64,000 bases of DNA. Source: Nageia nagi (Eukaryota; Plantae; Pinophyta). The stretch lies in assembly GCA_050084985.1 (NCBI GenBank), contig JBITNC010000001.1, forward strand, positions 147,498,001-147,562,000, given 5' to 3'. Both the position numbers and the translations under genes were made by a program. Positions 11,575 through 25,806 of this stretch are shown piece after piece. Below the pieces are notes generated by a model. The model did not search any database and was not told the origin of the DNA. It saw nothing but the letters and a program-made list of their open reading frames with translations. The number at the start of each line of letters is the position of its first letter. Position 1 is the first letter of the stretch.

Positions 11575-14500
11575 TAGACATTTTATTAGGTTAAATGAAT
11601 TCTAAGAATGGAAATTCTTTACAATTATAGATCTCTATGCTTAATGGAGAAAACTATGAGTAGTGGAGCATCTAAATGAGGACCTTTCTCATCTCTCAAG
11701 ATTTGTGGAGTCTTTTTTCTTAGGGATTTGTTGAACTTGATACTGCATCCTTTATTGAACTTAAAATAGATGTAATAAATGAGCTCTTGGATACCTAAAA
11801 GAGGGATGCCAAAGCTTTGTTTTCTATACAAAGTGGGATAGATGTTACAATATTTTCTAACATTGCAGAATGCAAGTTATCCAAATTTATATGGGACACT
11901 CTTGAGAGGGCCTACAAGGATTCATCTAGATTTAGAGTAACCAAGCTCTAGCTCTTTAAATGGGAATTTGAATCTCTCCATATAGGAGATACTATGATTA
12001 TTGAATTATTTATTACTAGAGTTCAATATTTGGTGAATGCACTTCATTCACATGGTGATAAACTTGATGATATATAGATTGTTGAGAAGGTGTTGAGAAG
12101 CCTTCCCCAAAAGTTTGATCCTCTCACAACTTTAATCTAGGATTCTAGATACTTAACTCAAGTTAGTCTTCTAGAATTGATTGGAAGCCTACAAACATAT
12201 GAGCATAAACTATAGGATAGAGCTGGGAACCTATACCAAATATTCGTACACAAACTCTAGATGAATGAGCATACTTCTACTTCCTCCAACTCACAATCCA
12301 CTTCTAGAGGCTATGGCCAAGGTCATAATGGTATTATCCATGGAAAAAGTGATCGTAATAGAGGAAGAGGTCAATCAACTAGTAGAAACTAGAGTTTTAC
12401 CTCTTAACATTATGACTTCTATGTAAAAGATGCTCACACTGAGCAATATTACTCCTAGAAGGAGTAGAAAGCCAACTATAGTGAAGAACAAAATTATGGT
12501 AATAATATCTTCCTCATCCATAATAACTTTGAATTTATTGATGATCATATTTGGTATCTATATAGTGGGTATTCTAATCATATGAATGAGAATAGAATTT
12601 TGTTTATTTAAATTTAAGAAAAACCTTCCTATAGAGTTTGGTTTGGGGATAATAATCAAGTTGACATTATTAGTAAAGGTACTATTACTTTTAAAGAAAA
12701 TATAAAAAGATCATGCATATGCATGAAACTTTGTATGTACCTATCTTGAAGCATAATCTACTTAGCATTGGATAGATATGCTTAAAAGACTATGATTTAG
12801 TATTTCAGAAGAAAACCTGCACAATCATCAATGAGGCTAACAAGCATGTTATTATAATGATTCTCATACCTAAGAATCATAAGTATATGTTGAAGATGTA
12901 TCCAATAGTAATTAAATTCTTGAAATCTACCACTGATCCTACTTGGTTGTGGCATCAAAGATGTGTCCACATCAATTTCAACTCACTCTACAAACTGCCT
13001 AAACTTGTGAGAGGTATTCCTACCTTCTCACTTCAATCTAACACTTTGTGTGAGTTATATTTCTAGGAAATAACATAGAGAGAAATTTATCTCCCATCCA
13101 CACTATATATAAGTACATTTGAAGTTGGTTCATGCTGATATTTGCAAACTTATGTAGACTCCCACCTTGGACAAGTGTAGATATATGCTTATCTTTACTA
13201 ATGATTATTCTCAAATGAGTTAGTTGTATTTGTTGTAGGTCAATTCAAATGCCTTTGAAACTTTCATTAAATTCAAGGTACTTATTGAGAAACATTCTAG
13301 CTATCACCTTAAGAAGTTCAGAAAAAAATCATGGTGGTGAATTCTCTTCAAATGAGTTCAAGGATTTTTTTAAAAAATATGGGATTAAGAATTAGTATAC
13401 CACTTCCTATAGTCCATAGTAGAATAGAGTGGTTAAGAGGAAGAAATGGAATATCACTAAGATAGCCTAGAGTATGCTCAAGAAAATAGGCATGGGCAAC
13501 AAATTATGAGGGGAAGTTGTGTACATTTTTTTCTATATTTTAAACCACTACCCCACCAAGGTTATATAGCATTTGACCTCCTATGAGGCTTGGTTTGGAA
13601 AGAAACCCAATCTCTCTCACCTTAAGATCTTTGGCTCACCTATTATGTGCATGTGCCCAAGGAGAATAGGAAGAAATTGGATAAAAAATCCATAAAATGT
13701 ATCTTTATGGAATACTTTGATGAGTCTAAATCCTATCAATGTTATTATCCAATTTCTCAAAAGCTACATATCTAATAGGATGTGATCTTTCATAAAGGAG
13801 GAGCATACAAGGATGATTCTGGCACCATTAGCATCACTTTGATAATTACATATACCAGTTCAAATAATCTAGCTAGGCCAATGTAGACTAACTAACCTCT
13901 TTAGCTTCAACAACCCAACCACCATGTGGCTCCAACTCCTTCCAAGAGAAGGATTTCTATAGATCATCTTGAATCTTAAATGTTGAACAAGGATTTTAGT
14001 AGAAAAGTGACCCAACAACATGCAAGGAGGGGTGATCAAATCACTAATTATGCCTTGATTTCCTCTTATCTTATTGATCCTTTGAACTTTGAAGAGGCTA
14101 TTGTAAATTAAGATTGGAAAAGGGCTATGGAGGATGAGATTGAAGAGATCTAGAATAATAACTCTTGGGAGCTTATCCATCCTCCAAAGCACTAGAATGT
14201 TATTGAAGTCAAATGGATCTATAAGCTAAAGCAAAATGATTATGGTAGAATTACTAAATATAAGTCCCATATGGTTGATAAGGGATATGTTCATAACAAA
14301 GTGCTTGATTACAAAGAAACATTTGCAATAGTTTCTATACTTGAGATAGTCCTCTCTCTTCTTGCTTTATCATCACATCTTGGTATTAGTTTGTACCAAA
14401 TGGATGTCAAGTCTACCTTTCTTAATGTATACTTAAAGAAAAAAGTGTATATGAATCAAACCAAAGGATTCATTATTGTTATCCATTAAGATAAAGTATA

Positions 14501-15570
14501 ACTCTTAAAGAAAGTTCTCTATGTGCTCAAGCATTCCTAGATTGACACCTACTTCCATTTAAATGGCTATTAATAGAGCTCTATGAAAGCTATAGTATGT
14601 GCTAAGGTATCTATATATTATTTCATTATTATCTTCATGAGCACTTCCTTTATGCTACATACATTCAAAATTACCATGATTAAGGAGTTTGAGATGAGTG
14701 ATTTGGGTTATATGCAATACTTTCTTGGTATGCAAGTTTAGCATTCATCCTTTGGAATCTTCATCACTCCCTCCAAGTATGTTGATGACATGCTTTCTAG
14801 GTTTAGCATTAAGTATTGCAAACCTATTGACACTCTAGTAGTTATTAGCACCAAACTCATGAAGGAGGATTCTACTCCTCTTAAGGATGCCACTTTGTAC
14901 CGATCACTTATTAGTAGTCTAATGTATCTCACTTCCATCCATTTAGATATCATGTATGTAGTTAGCCTTATGGCTTGATTTATGCACTTTCCACATGAAT
15001 CTCATTAAAAAGTTGCTAAGAGGATACTTTTGTATGTTAGTGGTATCAAATTCTTTGGTTTATGGTATAAATCCTCTAATATTGATATCCTTAAGGGATA
15101 CATAGCTATTGATTGGTCTGAAAGCCTTAATGATAGGAAAAGTACCTCCAACTATGCTTAATTCTTTTCCAAATCTCTTATCTCATGGAGTAGAAAGAAG
15201 TAATAGATTGTTTCTCTTTCCACTAATAAATTAGAATACATGGCTACCTCCTTTGCTTGCACTAAATCCATTTGGATGGCTCAATTTTTTGAATACTTAG
15301 GTTTCACCCCTCCCTTGCCCATTCCCATTCATTGTGATAACACCAATACCATTGCTCTAACAAATAACCTAGTTTTTAACAATTGGAGCAAGCATATAGA
15401 CATCTAAAATTATTTTATATGATACTTGGTGATTGATGGATTCATGGAATTCACATTTTGTAAGTCTGAAGATCAAATTGTAGATATTTTTACCAAGGCT
15501 CTACCTAAGGATCGATTCCTTAGTCATTAACATCAACTTGGAATTTAACCCATTTACATTAAGGGGAGAA

Positions 15571-16917
15571 TGAAGTAATTTAATATTATATGGTTTGAAT
15601 TTTATCAAACTTTTGAATGCCAATATCTACTAACTACTTGTATTATCCACCTACTATTACCCCTACTAGATTTAGTATGTTGCATGATCACACTTGAGTG
15701 TCAAATACTCAAGATCTACTTCTTTGACTAATATAGATATAAATTTTTACTTATTCACTAATTCCCATACTCTTTTCTAATTTTCTAGTGCATCATTTAT
15801 TTTTTTGATGCCCATACTACCTCCTTTGATTTTGTGGGTGCTTCATTTATGTTTCTACATGGATTTGAAATTTGTGAATTCACATGGACCCTTTTACACT
15901 CCACTTTATTCTTGTATAAATAGAGACTTCATATCCCATTCTCTATTAGATAATTCTAATTGTAATGTTATGTTGCCATTTTGGTTCTAGAATATAAAGC
16001 ATTCCCACTTACTCTGCAATACCTTATGGCGGTGTGACATGTTATATCTTTTGAAGCTTATATGCTTGAGAAATACTTATAGATTTTCCATCTCTAATCC
16101 ATGTAATATTTACTTATTTGAGGTTATTTTACTTCATGGGTACTTTTCTATATTCTTATTTTTGAGAAAATAGTTTTGTTATTTTTTTATTTATCAAAAG
16201 AACTTTTTTTTGTTTAGTTTGCTTTCAAGAGCTAGATCTTTCTATATAGATCTCCATTTTTTGTGATTCCTTCTTGGCTGGATTATTGTTTGCAATACCT
16301 TTCCAACATATGCTCTTTGCTATCATTGTTGGTCAAACACACTTAGAAATCTAAAAATATAAAACATGCCTTATTTTTAATCTTTAGTAGTGATTCTTGA
16401 AAAGTCTATTTGCTTCCAACTTATTTTTGACCCTTTCATCCATCTTGAAAGCATTCCAAACCTATACCATTAGATAGAAAATTTCTTATTGATCATTTTG
16501 ATTCATCATAATGCTAGGTTTTATTAGGAACTACATAAGTTATGGTCTTTGAATATTTTTTTCTCTCACCCTCCAAACTACGTATTCCACACTATTGATT
16601 TTTTCAAAGTCCCAACAAAATCCTATTGACCATAATCTGTCAAAACTTTAACATTTCTAAACTATACTATTTTTTGTATTTCTTTATAACTCTATCATCA
16701 ACACTTCAATTCCTTCAATGTTTTGATTATCCTAGAGATCTAACTAGTATTTACCCATCAAATTCTACTACAACCCTAGCCAATTTTATGGTATTAGAGT
16801 TTGGAGCCTTGAGGCTCCAAAATCATCATTTGGATTTAGAGGTCTTGTCTTGATCCTGATTGATCCAAATTCTTCAATTGGTATTAGAGCTTAAAGCCTT
16901 GATCCTCCAAATATTTA
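15571..16917 (+). repeat. 3' LTR of copia B
   Basis: Follows the PPT; ends AAATATTTA (CA to TA decay) immediately before the TSD GATAG. Confidence 0.92.
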
Positions 16918-17352
16918 GATAGGAAATCAACTTCTTCTTATGTGTTTAGCATTGATTTACGTGTTACATCTTAGGCTTCCAAAAAGTAGCCTACTACTTC
17001 TCTCTCCACCATAGAGGTAGAATATCAACCCATATCAGTCACAACCTAGAAATCCATTTGGATGAGGCATATTCTAAAAGAAATTGGGTATGAGTAGGCT
17101 CACCCATCTTACATTTCTTCATATAATCATTTAGCTAATGCTTTGGTAAAGAATTCTATTTTCCATCAGAGAACCAAGCATGTTTAAATTCAAGTATGCT
17201 TTATCAAGGAGAAGGTTTTGCATATTATCCTACAATTGAAGTATTATACATCAATCTTTAACTCTATTGATTTATTCACCAAACCCCTTCTTAAATCTCA
17301 CTTTTTCAAGCTTAGGGAGTCTATTAGGTTGGTAAAGTTTCTTTAAATGGGT

Positions 17353-17700
17353 TGAAGGTTTAATTCTTGTTGAATTCATGTTTGTCATGATAACTTCATC
17401 CCTAGAATGATTTTATGGTTGTATAGTTTTGATATTTTTTGTATGCTTTTATGATTAGTTCGCTCCATGTGAGGAATTATTTGTATATGTTTGAGCATAT
17501 GATGGCTTCTTCTTGCACTATTTTAGTTATCCATATGTGAGAAACTACTATGCACTTTTTGGCACTATTTAGTTATCTATATGTGAGGAATTCATATTTG
17601 CTTATGCTCTATTTATGATGTTGATCGACACATATTTTCTATACATCAGGTGATTATAAGTATTTATTTGGCATCTTTGTGATGACTTGTAGTGCACCAT
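17353..17700 (+). repeat. Start of the 3' LTR of copia A (right end not definable)
   Basis: TGAAGGTTTAATT after the PPT; the sequence degrades into low-complexity DNA after ~17650. Confidence 0.6.
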
Positions 17701-18154
17701 TGATTAATTTATGGTTGAAATTAATTGATTCATTTATCTTATATTGATATGAATGTTTATATGATGCATATGAATGATCTCATTTATGAGCTTCTTGTGG
17801 CTTGCAAGTTTTTACTTTGGGTGGTAGATGCATGGAGGCTTATCATGTCAACTTATATTTGAATGAATACTTTGTACATTTAAAACCAATTATAGTTAAT
17901 AATTGTAGTGTAAACCATTTTGTAAAATAGTAATGTAGTGAGTTTTAGTCTAAGATCTTATTTATTTCTCAAATATGTAAATGTTCTCATGTTTGATTGT
18001 ATCTCTATGTAGGAGACCTCTCTCTTACTCTCTTTTTCTTCTCTCCTTCACTCTTATCCAATATTGTATTAATGACAAGTGTTGGAATTTTTAATGCATT
18101 ATTATAAGGTATCTTAATTTAATTCACTTAATAGTGAATATGATAATGTAACTT

Positions 18155-18880
18155 AACCTCTTCTTATGTGTTTAGCATTGATTTACATGTTACATCTTGG
18201 GCTTCCAAAAAGTAGCCTACTACTTCTCTCCACCATAGAGGTAGAATATCAACCCATATCAGTCACAACCTAGAAATCCATTTGGATGAGGCATATTCTA
18301 AAAGAAATTGGGTATGAATAGGCTCACCCATCTTACATTTATTCATATAATCATTTAGCTAATGCTTTGGTAAAGAATTCTATTTTCCATTAGAGAACCA
18401 AGCATGTTTAAATTCAAGTATACTTTATCAAGGAGAAGGTTTTGCATATTATCCTACAATTGAAGTATTATACATCAATCTTTAACTCTATTGATTTATT
18501 CACCAAACCCCTTCTTAAATCTCACTTTTTCATGCTTAGGGAGTCTATTAGGTTGGTAAAGTTTCTTTAAAGGGGGTTGAAGGTTTAATTTTTGTTGAAT
18601 TCATGTTTGTGATGATTGAATTCATGTTTGTGATGATAACTTCATCCCTAGAATGATTTTATGGTTGTATAGTTTTGATATTTTTTGTATGCTTTTATGA
18701 TTAGTTCACTCCATGTGAGGAATTATTTGTATATGTTTGAGCATATGATGGCTTCTTCTTGCACTATTTTAGTTATCCATATGTGAGAAACATATGCACT
18801 TTTGGCACTATTAGTTACCATATGTGAGGAATTCATATTTGCTTATGCTCTATTATAGTGAGAATGTTTTCGACACATAT
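18155..18880 (+). repeat. Near-identical duplicate of ~16929-17650 (copia A RNase H, PPT and LTR start)
   Basis: Almost base-for-base match at an offset of ~1226 bp, including the same inactivating lesions; a third garbled copy lies at ~19040-19300. Confidence 0.9.
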
Positions 18881-21800
18881 TTATCTATACAATTGAGTAT
18901 TATAAGTACATTATATTTTAGGCATCTATTGATTGATTACAATTTTATCTCATTGATTAATGTTATGGAGCATATTAATGTAATGTTCATTTAAGTTTGA
19001 AGTTTAATTGTTATGTTGAATTTAATGTTTTGTGATTGAATTCTTATTTGAATGAATAACTTCATTCTAATGACTTTTATGGTTGTAAATTTTTATATTT
19101 GTTTAATCATGACTTTTATGTAAATTAGTTTATATGTGAATGAATTACTTTTGTACATTTAATTAGTTCAAATTGATGTAACTTCTTGACATATTTAGTT
19201 ATCCATTGTGAAAACTATATATTTTTGATATTAGTTACTCTATGTGAGAATTCATATATGATTATGCTTAATTTAATGATGTTTCACTAATTATTTCTAT
19301 CACTAGTGTTAGAGAATCTTATTCTCTTGTGTAGTCATTTTATTTATAATATGATATATCATTGATTTAGTAATAGTATTTATAGTTGTTTAATAAGTAT
19401 TCTTTACATAAGATCCTATTAGTGATGTATAAGGTTAAGGAACCATCTTTTAAGTTTTTTGTGTGTAGGAATTATGTGAAATTGTGATTGATGCTTTAGT
19501 TTTGTAGTTACTACTAGGTATTGCTCTTCATCTTATGTTTGACTTGATGAAGCCTATATATCAAATTTGCCTTATTTCATTAATAGTCTAGACAAACATA
19601 ATTATTCATAACTTCCCATTTTGAAGCAGTTAGATGAGGCTCACATTTTAACCTAGCGATGTAAGTGGAGATTGATATTAGTGATTATCCAAAGTGCACC
19701 AATATATTTTATGTGTGAAAAAGCTACAACTATGTTAATAATATGCTCTAATATATTTGCCTTCAGATATCATGACATGTCAGGCATGGATCCCAATGTT
19801 AGTTTTTCACAACATAGTTACATACCTTAATGCTAAGCTATATAAATATAAATCCAAGAAGGTGTACCCTACCGAGTCACTTGAGATAAAGGATGATCTT
19901 AAGTTATTCTATGCTAAGTTTATCAACCGTATAGATTATCCTCAATTGGTCTCTAATATGGTTCCTATGGAAAATTAAAAGGTCGTATAAATATTTGCAT
20001 AATTTTTATAGACCTCAACGTAATGTTTTCCAAGGATGATTTTCCATTACCTAACATTGACATCTTAGTGGAAAATATAGTAGGATATGAAATGCTCTCC
20101 CTTATGTATGGATTCTTAGGCTATAATCAGATATGGGTTTGCCCAAGAGATCAACAAAAGATAACCTTCACTACACCATAGGGGATATTTTGTTATAAAT
20201 TTATTCCCTTTGGTATTAATAATGTCAATGCAACTTATAAATGAGCTACAACATATGTTTTTCATGATATCTGCAAAATATTGTTGAGGAATATGTACAC
20301 AATATTTTGGTAAAATTTAGTACACAGGACCAACATTGGGAATTATTAGAGAAGGTATTTAAGAGACTCATCAAGCATAATATCAAATTGAATCCAAGGA
20401 AGTGTGTCTTTGATGTCACCTCAGTAAATATTTTAAGGTTCATCATCTCTAAAAAGGTAATGAAATTCAATCCTAAAAAGGTTAATGCCATTACTATTAT
20501 GTATCCTCCCTAAGATTTAAAAGAATTAAGAAGTCTTTAAGGAACATTTTGGGATATTAAATGATGCATAGCTTAGTTATCATTTAAGTGCAAAACTTTT
20601 AATGAGATTATCAATAAAGGGATTAAATTTGAATGGAATGAGGGGTTTCAATGGGCATTTGATGATATCCAAAGATATTTGACCACTCCTCCAATGCTTA
20701 TCCTTCCTAAGGATGATGTCCCCTTCCATCTTTATCTTTTAGCTACCAAATTTGCCTTTTTTTATGCTAGACCAAAAGAATGATCAATCTAAGGAGAAAG
20801 ATATATAATACCTTAGTCATACACTTATCAATTATAATCTCAAATATGTATACATTGAGAAATTTTATCTTATTGTTATCTTTGTGACCAAGAAATTAAG
20901 GCACTACATGCTTAATCATAAAACCTATGTGTGTAGTGCTAATTTTCTTAAGTACATGATGAAAAATATATATCATAATACAAGGAAAACTAAGTGGATT
21001 ATAGCTCTATCTAAGTTTGACCTAGTCTTCATTAATCATAAATCATTCAAAGGTCAAGTTATAGTAGATCATTTGATAGAGGCATCTATGCAGGATACTT
21101 CCCCTTTAGAGATCACCCTCTTTAATGAGGATTTATTCAAAATAGATGAAGAGGAAGAGTTTGTGAACACTCAAGATGATTATGAACTAACCATGTAATT
21201 TTATGGGTTGATATGTGAAAAAGATGGAGGCACAAGATTTATTCTCTTGATCCCTTAGGGAGTTCCTAGTCCCTATTCTTTCAAACTTAATTTCCCATGC
21301 AGTAATAATAATATGAAGTATGAGCCTTTGATCTTGGGTTTAAGAGTAACCATAGAGTTAAAATTTGAGATATTGTTAATCTATTGGGATTATTAACTAG
21401 TTGTTAATAAAATCATGTGCATCTATCAATTTTAAAATGATCTATTTAATGTCTATAAAATATGGCATTACAACTTCTTAAGTGGTTCAAATATATAAGA
21501 TTAAGATGGCCCCTCAATCATCAAATAGATTTGCAGATAGAATGGCCTCCCTAGATTCACTTATTCCACCCAATCCTCATCAACACATTCAACATGTGGA
21601 GCTAGTGATGATAAAATATTCTTCACTCAAGGTATATTTACCTTCTAGATTTCCATCAATTTCATTCAATGAGATCATAGTTGAGTTGATAAATTTATGG
21701 TATAAGTAGCTACATAAGTATCTTAAATGGAATGCATTTCCTCCTAACATGTATTCTAGAAAAAAATGGATATTTAAGAAAAATGTTTCCTATTATGGTA

Positions 21801-22075
21801 TATTAAGAGATGTTATCTATAAATGGTCTTATGATAGATTTCTATTGAGATACTTAAAACTTTGTGTTTAATAAATAGTTATACATACATGTCATGATGC
21901 CCGACGGAGTCACTTAGTAGAAAACCTTCAAAATATGTGTGAAAATGGGATTCTTATAACATAACCTTTAAATTTATTAAACATATCATGGTACAACCCT
22001 TTATAATAAATAATAACCCTTTTTTCAAACTTACCATTTTCCCAAAAAAATTGAATAAATTTTTAATATACCTAT

Positions 22076-22580
22076 TGATATGTGTTTTGGTACACCTAGG
22101 GTTTTGGCCTAAATGAACTAAATACATATAAATATTTAAGTATGTATTATCTAATATAAATGTACATTAATAATAGGAAATAAAGAGTATAGGATTGCAA
22201 TAGCAAAATTATGAATTACATTGATATCAAGATACAAAACAAATGCATGCACTAAAGAGATGGAATCAAGTGTAGGATAAATACCTGTATCTCTTTACTT
22301 GTGTCATGGCTAAAGATATACATGATAAATTTATCAAGGAGGGTGACCTTGATGTACAAACCCCATGGTTAATAGTAGAAAGAATTCCAAAATGGATGCT
22401 AGTCTCAAAGAACTCAATGCAAGTGCTTGCATTCCCATATAGAATGAGGTCTGCCAATAAGGATCGATGAAAAAAGATATGTTGAAAAGTCAAACCAAGC
22501 ATATGATCATGAAAATGGATGATATATATTTTCTCTAGTGATAACAATATTTCAATATCAATAGGTAGTATTTTGAAACA
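22076..22580 (-). repeat. LTR (left copy) of the 22076-33987 element
   Basis: TGATATGTGTTTTGGTACACC...GGTAGTATTTTGAAACA; roughly 70-75% similar to the right copy by eye. Confidence 0.82.
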
Positions 22581-23304
22581 CCCAAGTGTAAGGTATTGAC
22601 TATCAAGATGTAATCTTAACATGCTTTCCCTAGATTAGAGATACTTATAGTTATATCAAGCAAGATATCACAATTTTACCCCTTATATGAAGGTTTAAGC
22701 TATCCTAGTGTACGTAACATAAAAATAAGAATATAACCTAAGATATATATGATAATAAGGTCAAATATGATTAAAATGTGATTGAATGTGAATGTAAAAT
22801 TGCACCTAAGTGGGACCATGATAAGAGGACCACTTTTAGGTATCCAAAAATGTCTCCCTTTGTAAGTATAATGAAATTGAATCTTGAAATTATATTATGA
22901 TTGCAAAGGAAGTAAAGGTAAAGAGAAGAAAAAATTGATACTTCCCTAGTTTAGCTATAGGACTATCTAAATCTTCAAGAAGTGATGATATATATTTCCC
23001 CCTTTTTGCTTTGATTGTGAGATGTAATGGCTTGCATGAAGTAGAATCAACTAAGAGAAAAGAATGACCTAAAAAATGAGAGAGATAAAATATCAACTTC
23101 CAAGCATGTATGTGATGGTTAGCATGTAAAATATATAGCAATGATAATGAGAGTAATCATCATAATGTTTCATCATAAATGATATAGTACTAATGGAGTA
23201 AGGATGAAATTAATATAATATACATACATCATCTTGAGAATACTAAATATAGAAATATTCAATATTTCATTCTTATATGCATACATACAAGATCATGATA
23301 AAGG

Positions 23305-23490
23305 TGTATCCACATCATCATAAGGTACATGCTCCATTACTAGATGGAACACATGCAATTAGAATTGTATATGTTAACATCATCATAAGTTACATGCCCC
23401 ATTCCTAGATGCAACATATGAATCATAAAGGTGACTCAAAGAGATATGTCATTCATCATCATGAGGTACATGCCTCATTCTTAGATGTGA
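23305..23490. repeat. Three diverged copies of a ~35-bp motif (CATCATAAGGTACATGCYCCATTCCTAGATG)
   Basis: Copies near 23314, 23379 and 23455, separated by variable spacers. Confidence 0.7.
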
Positions 23491-23899
23491 TTTAAAGGTC
23501 ATGGTTATTTGATACCCAACCAAGAAAGGTCATTCCATAATGATTGGTTTGTTTCATAATCATGCAAGTGATTGAATTCATTGTATATTTAAGGATAGAA
23601 ATATTTCTTGTATCTTAATCATTATATTGATATGTGTTGCTTTGTCCTAATTTATACCTTTGTATCCTAGTATCCATGCTCTCTTCAACATTGGTGCTAG
23701 CTTAGGAGTACTGTATGATGGTGTTGTTGTAATTATATTATGTAATATGATTTATTTCTCTAAAAATAATATTTTCATACCTAATAAGAGCTAATAGAGT
23801 ATTTTCAAAACTTTTTTTATAGTATAATATAATGAATCTATTTCTCATATATAAGGGATTATTATCTTTATTTTGCTAAGAATATAGACCTTGATATTT

Positions 23900-25190
23900 T
23901 TCTTTTTTTCATATTTTTTTGTTGTAGACCTTCAAATCTCTTTGTTTCTTTCAACGTTATCATTTGCAATGTTGTTTCCAAGGTTGTCACTAGTATAAGT
24001 GATTGAATATTTTTCCTTGCATTTTCCAATAGTTGTTCTAAATTTTATCCTTCTTTAAATGTTGGTAATTATTTTATAGGCTTGAAGATTTCAAATGCTC
24101 CATGTTTATTATTTCTATCATGAATGATATTATGTAAAGTTGTTGAAACTAACCATTCTCTATCAATAAGAGGCATCAATATCATACGCTCCTTGTTACA
24201 CTTTAGTAATTCTACATATTTGATGTCATTTTCTTCTTGAGTCCATTCAAAAATGGGCTGCATGGCTAGATAAAATAGTCTATCAACATCTTCTTATTGA
24301 TATGTTCATTTCTTTGCAATAGGGCATTGAACTAGTTGCTTATTCTTAGGTTGAAATAATCATATTTTATTATTGTAATCACTTTGAACATTTTGCAACA
24401 ACCACTTATGATATGATATATTTTCTAGTATACACATGTTTGCAATGATGAGCTCATATATTGAATGAAGAAATTTGAATTTTATCATGTTATCTTCCTC
24501 TAACCAATATGGATATGGTATATCAACCTCTTCAATAATTTTGTTGATCTCTTCATACTTTATGGGATCTTCTTGAGTATACTCATCCTTAATGAATATA
24601 TTTGTATTGTCATCAAATTCTTGAACATGTTCACCCTATTTTTTATATTCATATTGGATAACAATACCTTAAATATTATTTATTGGGATTAGGCTATCAA
24701 CTTGAGCTTTTTGGTAAAGCAAATCTTTCAATATGATGGGTTGGGCAATATTCTTACTAACATTGTGGATTATACTGGTGATCTCCTATTGAATACCTAG
24801 TTCCATAGCTAGTATAAAGATATATGGAAGAACTAGAACCACTATTTATACCTAAGGCTCAATTCCATGCTAAGGTTAGTTCTAATGTTAATGTGAGCAT
24901 TAATTCTAGCAACTAAAAGGAAAAATGGGCACACATTTGACATAGTCATAGACCTATTTGCAAAGAATCCCAAATTCATATTTCTTATTGTGAGAGTCAT
25001 ATCATCAAAAGGTATATGGTCCTTGTACCTATTAGAATGCCATAATGTTTTTTGCTTTATTAATTCTTCATCTTCAAATCCATCAACTGCATAAGCTTTT
25101 TCCTTGACTTGTAGTTCACTAAGGAGTTTGATGAACCTATATTTATTTTCCTTAGAACTCATGACTTTCCTAAATACTTCATAATCACTT
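23900..25190 (-). pseudogene. Decayed ORF of unknown function in the 3' region of the 22076-33987 element
   Basis: ORFs 24842-25162 and 24069-24263 plus coding-like sequence between them (EHVQEFDDNTNIFIKDEYTQEDPIKYEEINKIIEEVDIPYPYWLEED); no recognised motif. Confidence 0.45.
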
Positions 25191-25214
25191 AATTATGTAA
25201 TGATTTCTCCTTTA

Positions 25215-25806
25215 TTATTAAGGACTACATTATGGTTGGGAATGAGATGGTGATGAAGATGGAGGAGCAAATCAAAGGGATTCAACTAAAACTTAAATAG
25301 GTTGTAGATAGATGAAAGAGTTATGCATATCTAAAAAGAACACCAAGGGAATTCTATGTGGAATATAAATTCTTAAAGTTAGCATCTAGATATATTGGAC
25401 CCTTTGTTATCTTAACAAAAATAAGTCTAATCTACTATAGACTTGAACTTTCATGTGTTTTTCTAATATCCATGAAACTTTCCACATATCTTTACTTAAG
25501 AAATATGTCCATGATCCTTCACACATTTGGGATTATTTACCTTGAAGATGGAGGACCCACTGCCAGTGGAGGTGCATCTTATTTGGGTGCTAAAGTATCA
25601 TACTAGAGAGCTTTGTAACCATCTTATGAATCAATGTATTTCAATGGGATATATATACTAATAATAACTCCACATGGGAGTATGTGGATGAGATGAAGAG
25701 AATATTTCCAATATATCTTTATAATGAGTAGTTTAGAAGTACTTAAAAATAATTTTATTGCTTTAAAATAAACACAATGGACTATGTAAATCCAAGTGGG
25801 GGAGGA
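25215..25806 (+). mobile_element. Chromovirus (Tekay/Del-like) integrase C-terminus, chromodomain and PPT fragment
   Basis: DR*KSYAYLKRTPREF, KLASRYIGPFVIL..I...YRLEL, IHETFHISLLKKYVHDPSH, QWD....STWEYVDEMKR; PPT AAGTGGGGGAGGA followed by the LTR start TGTCATAGCC at 25807. Confidence 0.85.

Larger units (their letters stand above)
10252..16917 (+). mobile_element. Ty1/copia element B, full length but decayed, with 5-bp TSD GATAG
   Basis: Paired LTRs begin TGAAGTAATTTAATATT at 10252 and 15571. GATAG lies at 10247-10251 and 16918-16922. PBS at 11563, PPT AAGGGGAGAA at 15561-15570. Internal gag (LNGENYE*WSI*MRTFL), protease (WYLYSGYSNHM), GAG-pre-integrase (WLWHQRCVHINF), INT, RT (YQMDVKSTFLN) and RNase H are all disrupted. 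Confidence 0.95.
7630..17352 (+). mobile_element. Ty1/copia element A (outer): 5'-truncated, protease region deleted, interrupted at 10251/16918 by copia B
   Basis: gag remnant TSVEAWNRLNKIY (~7640); integrase HLVYLDLMGPF..SLGESSYFLNFI (~8300); RT ~9180-10100; GYSD..D/RKSTSSYVF joined across the insertion; RNase H FHQRTKHV to ~17340; PPT-like sequence just before TGAAGG at 17353 (AAGGGGG in the duplicate copy at ~18570). Confidence 0.9.
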
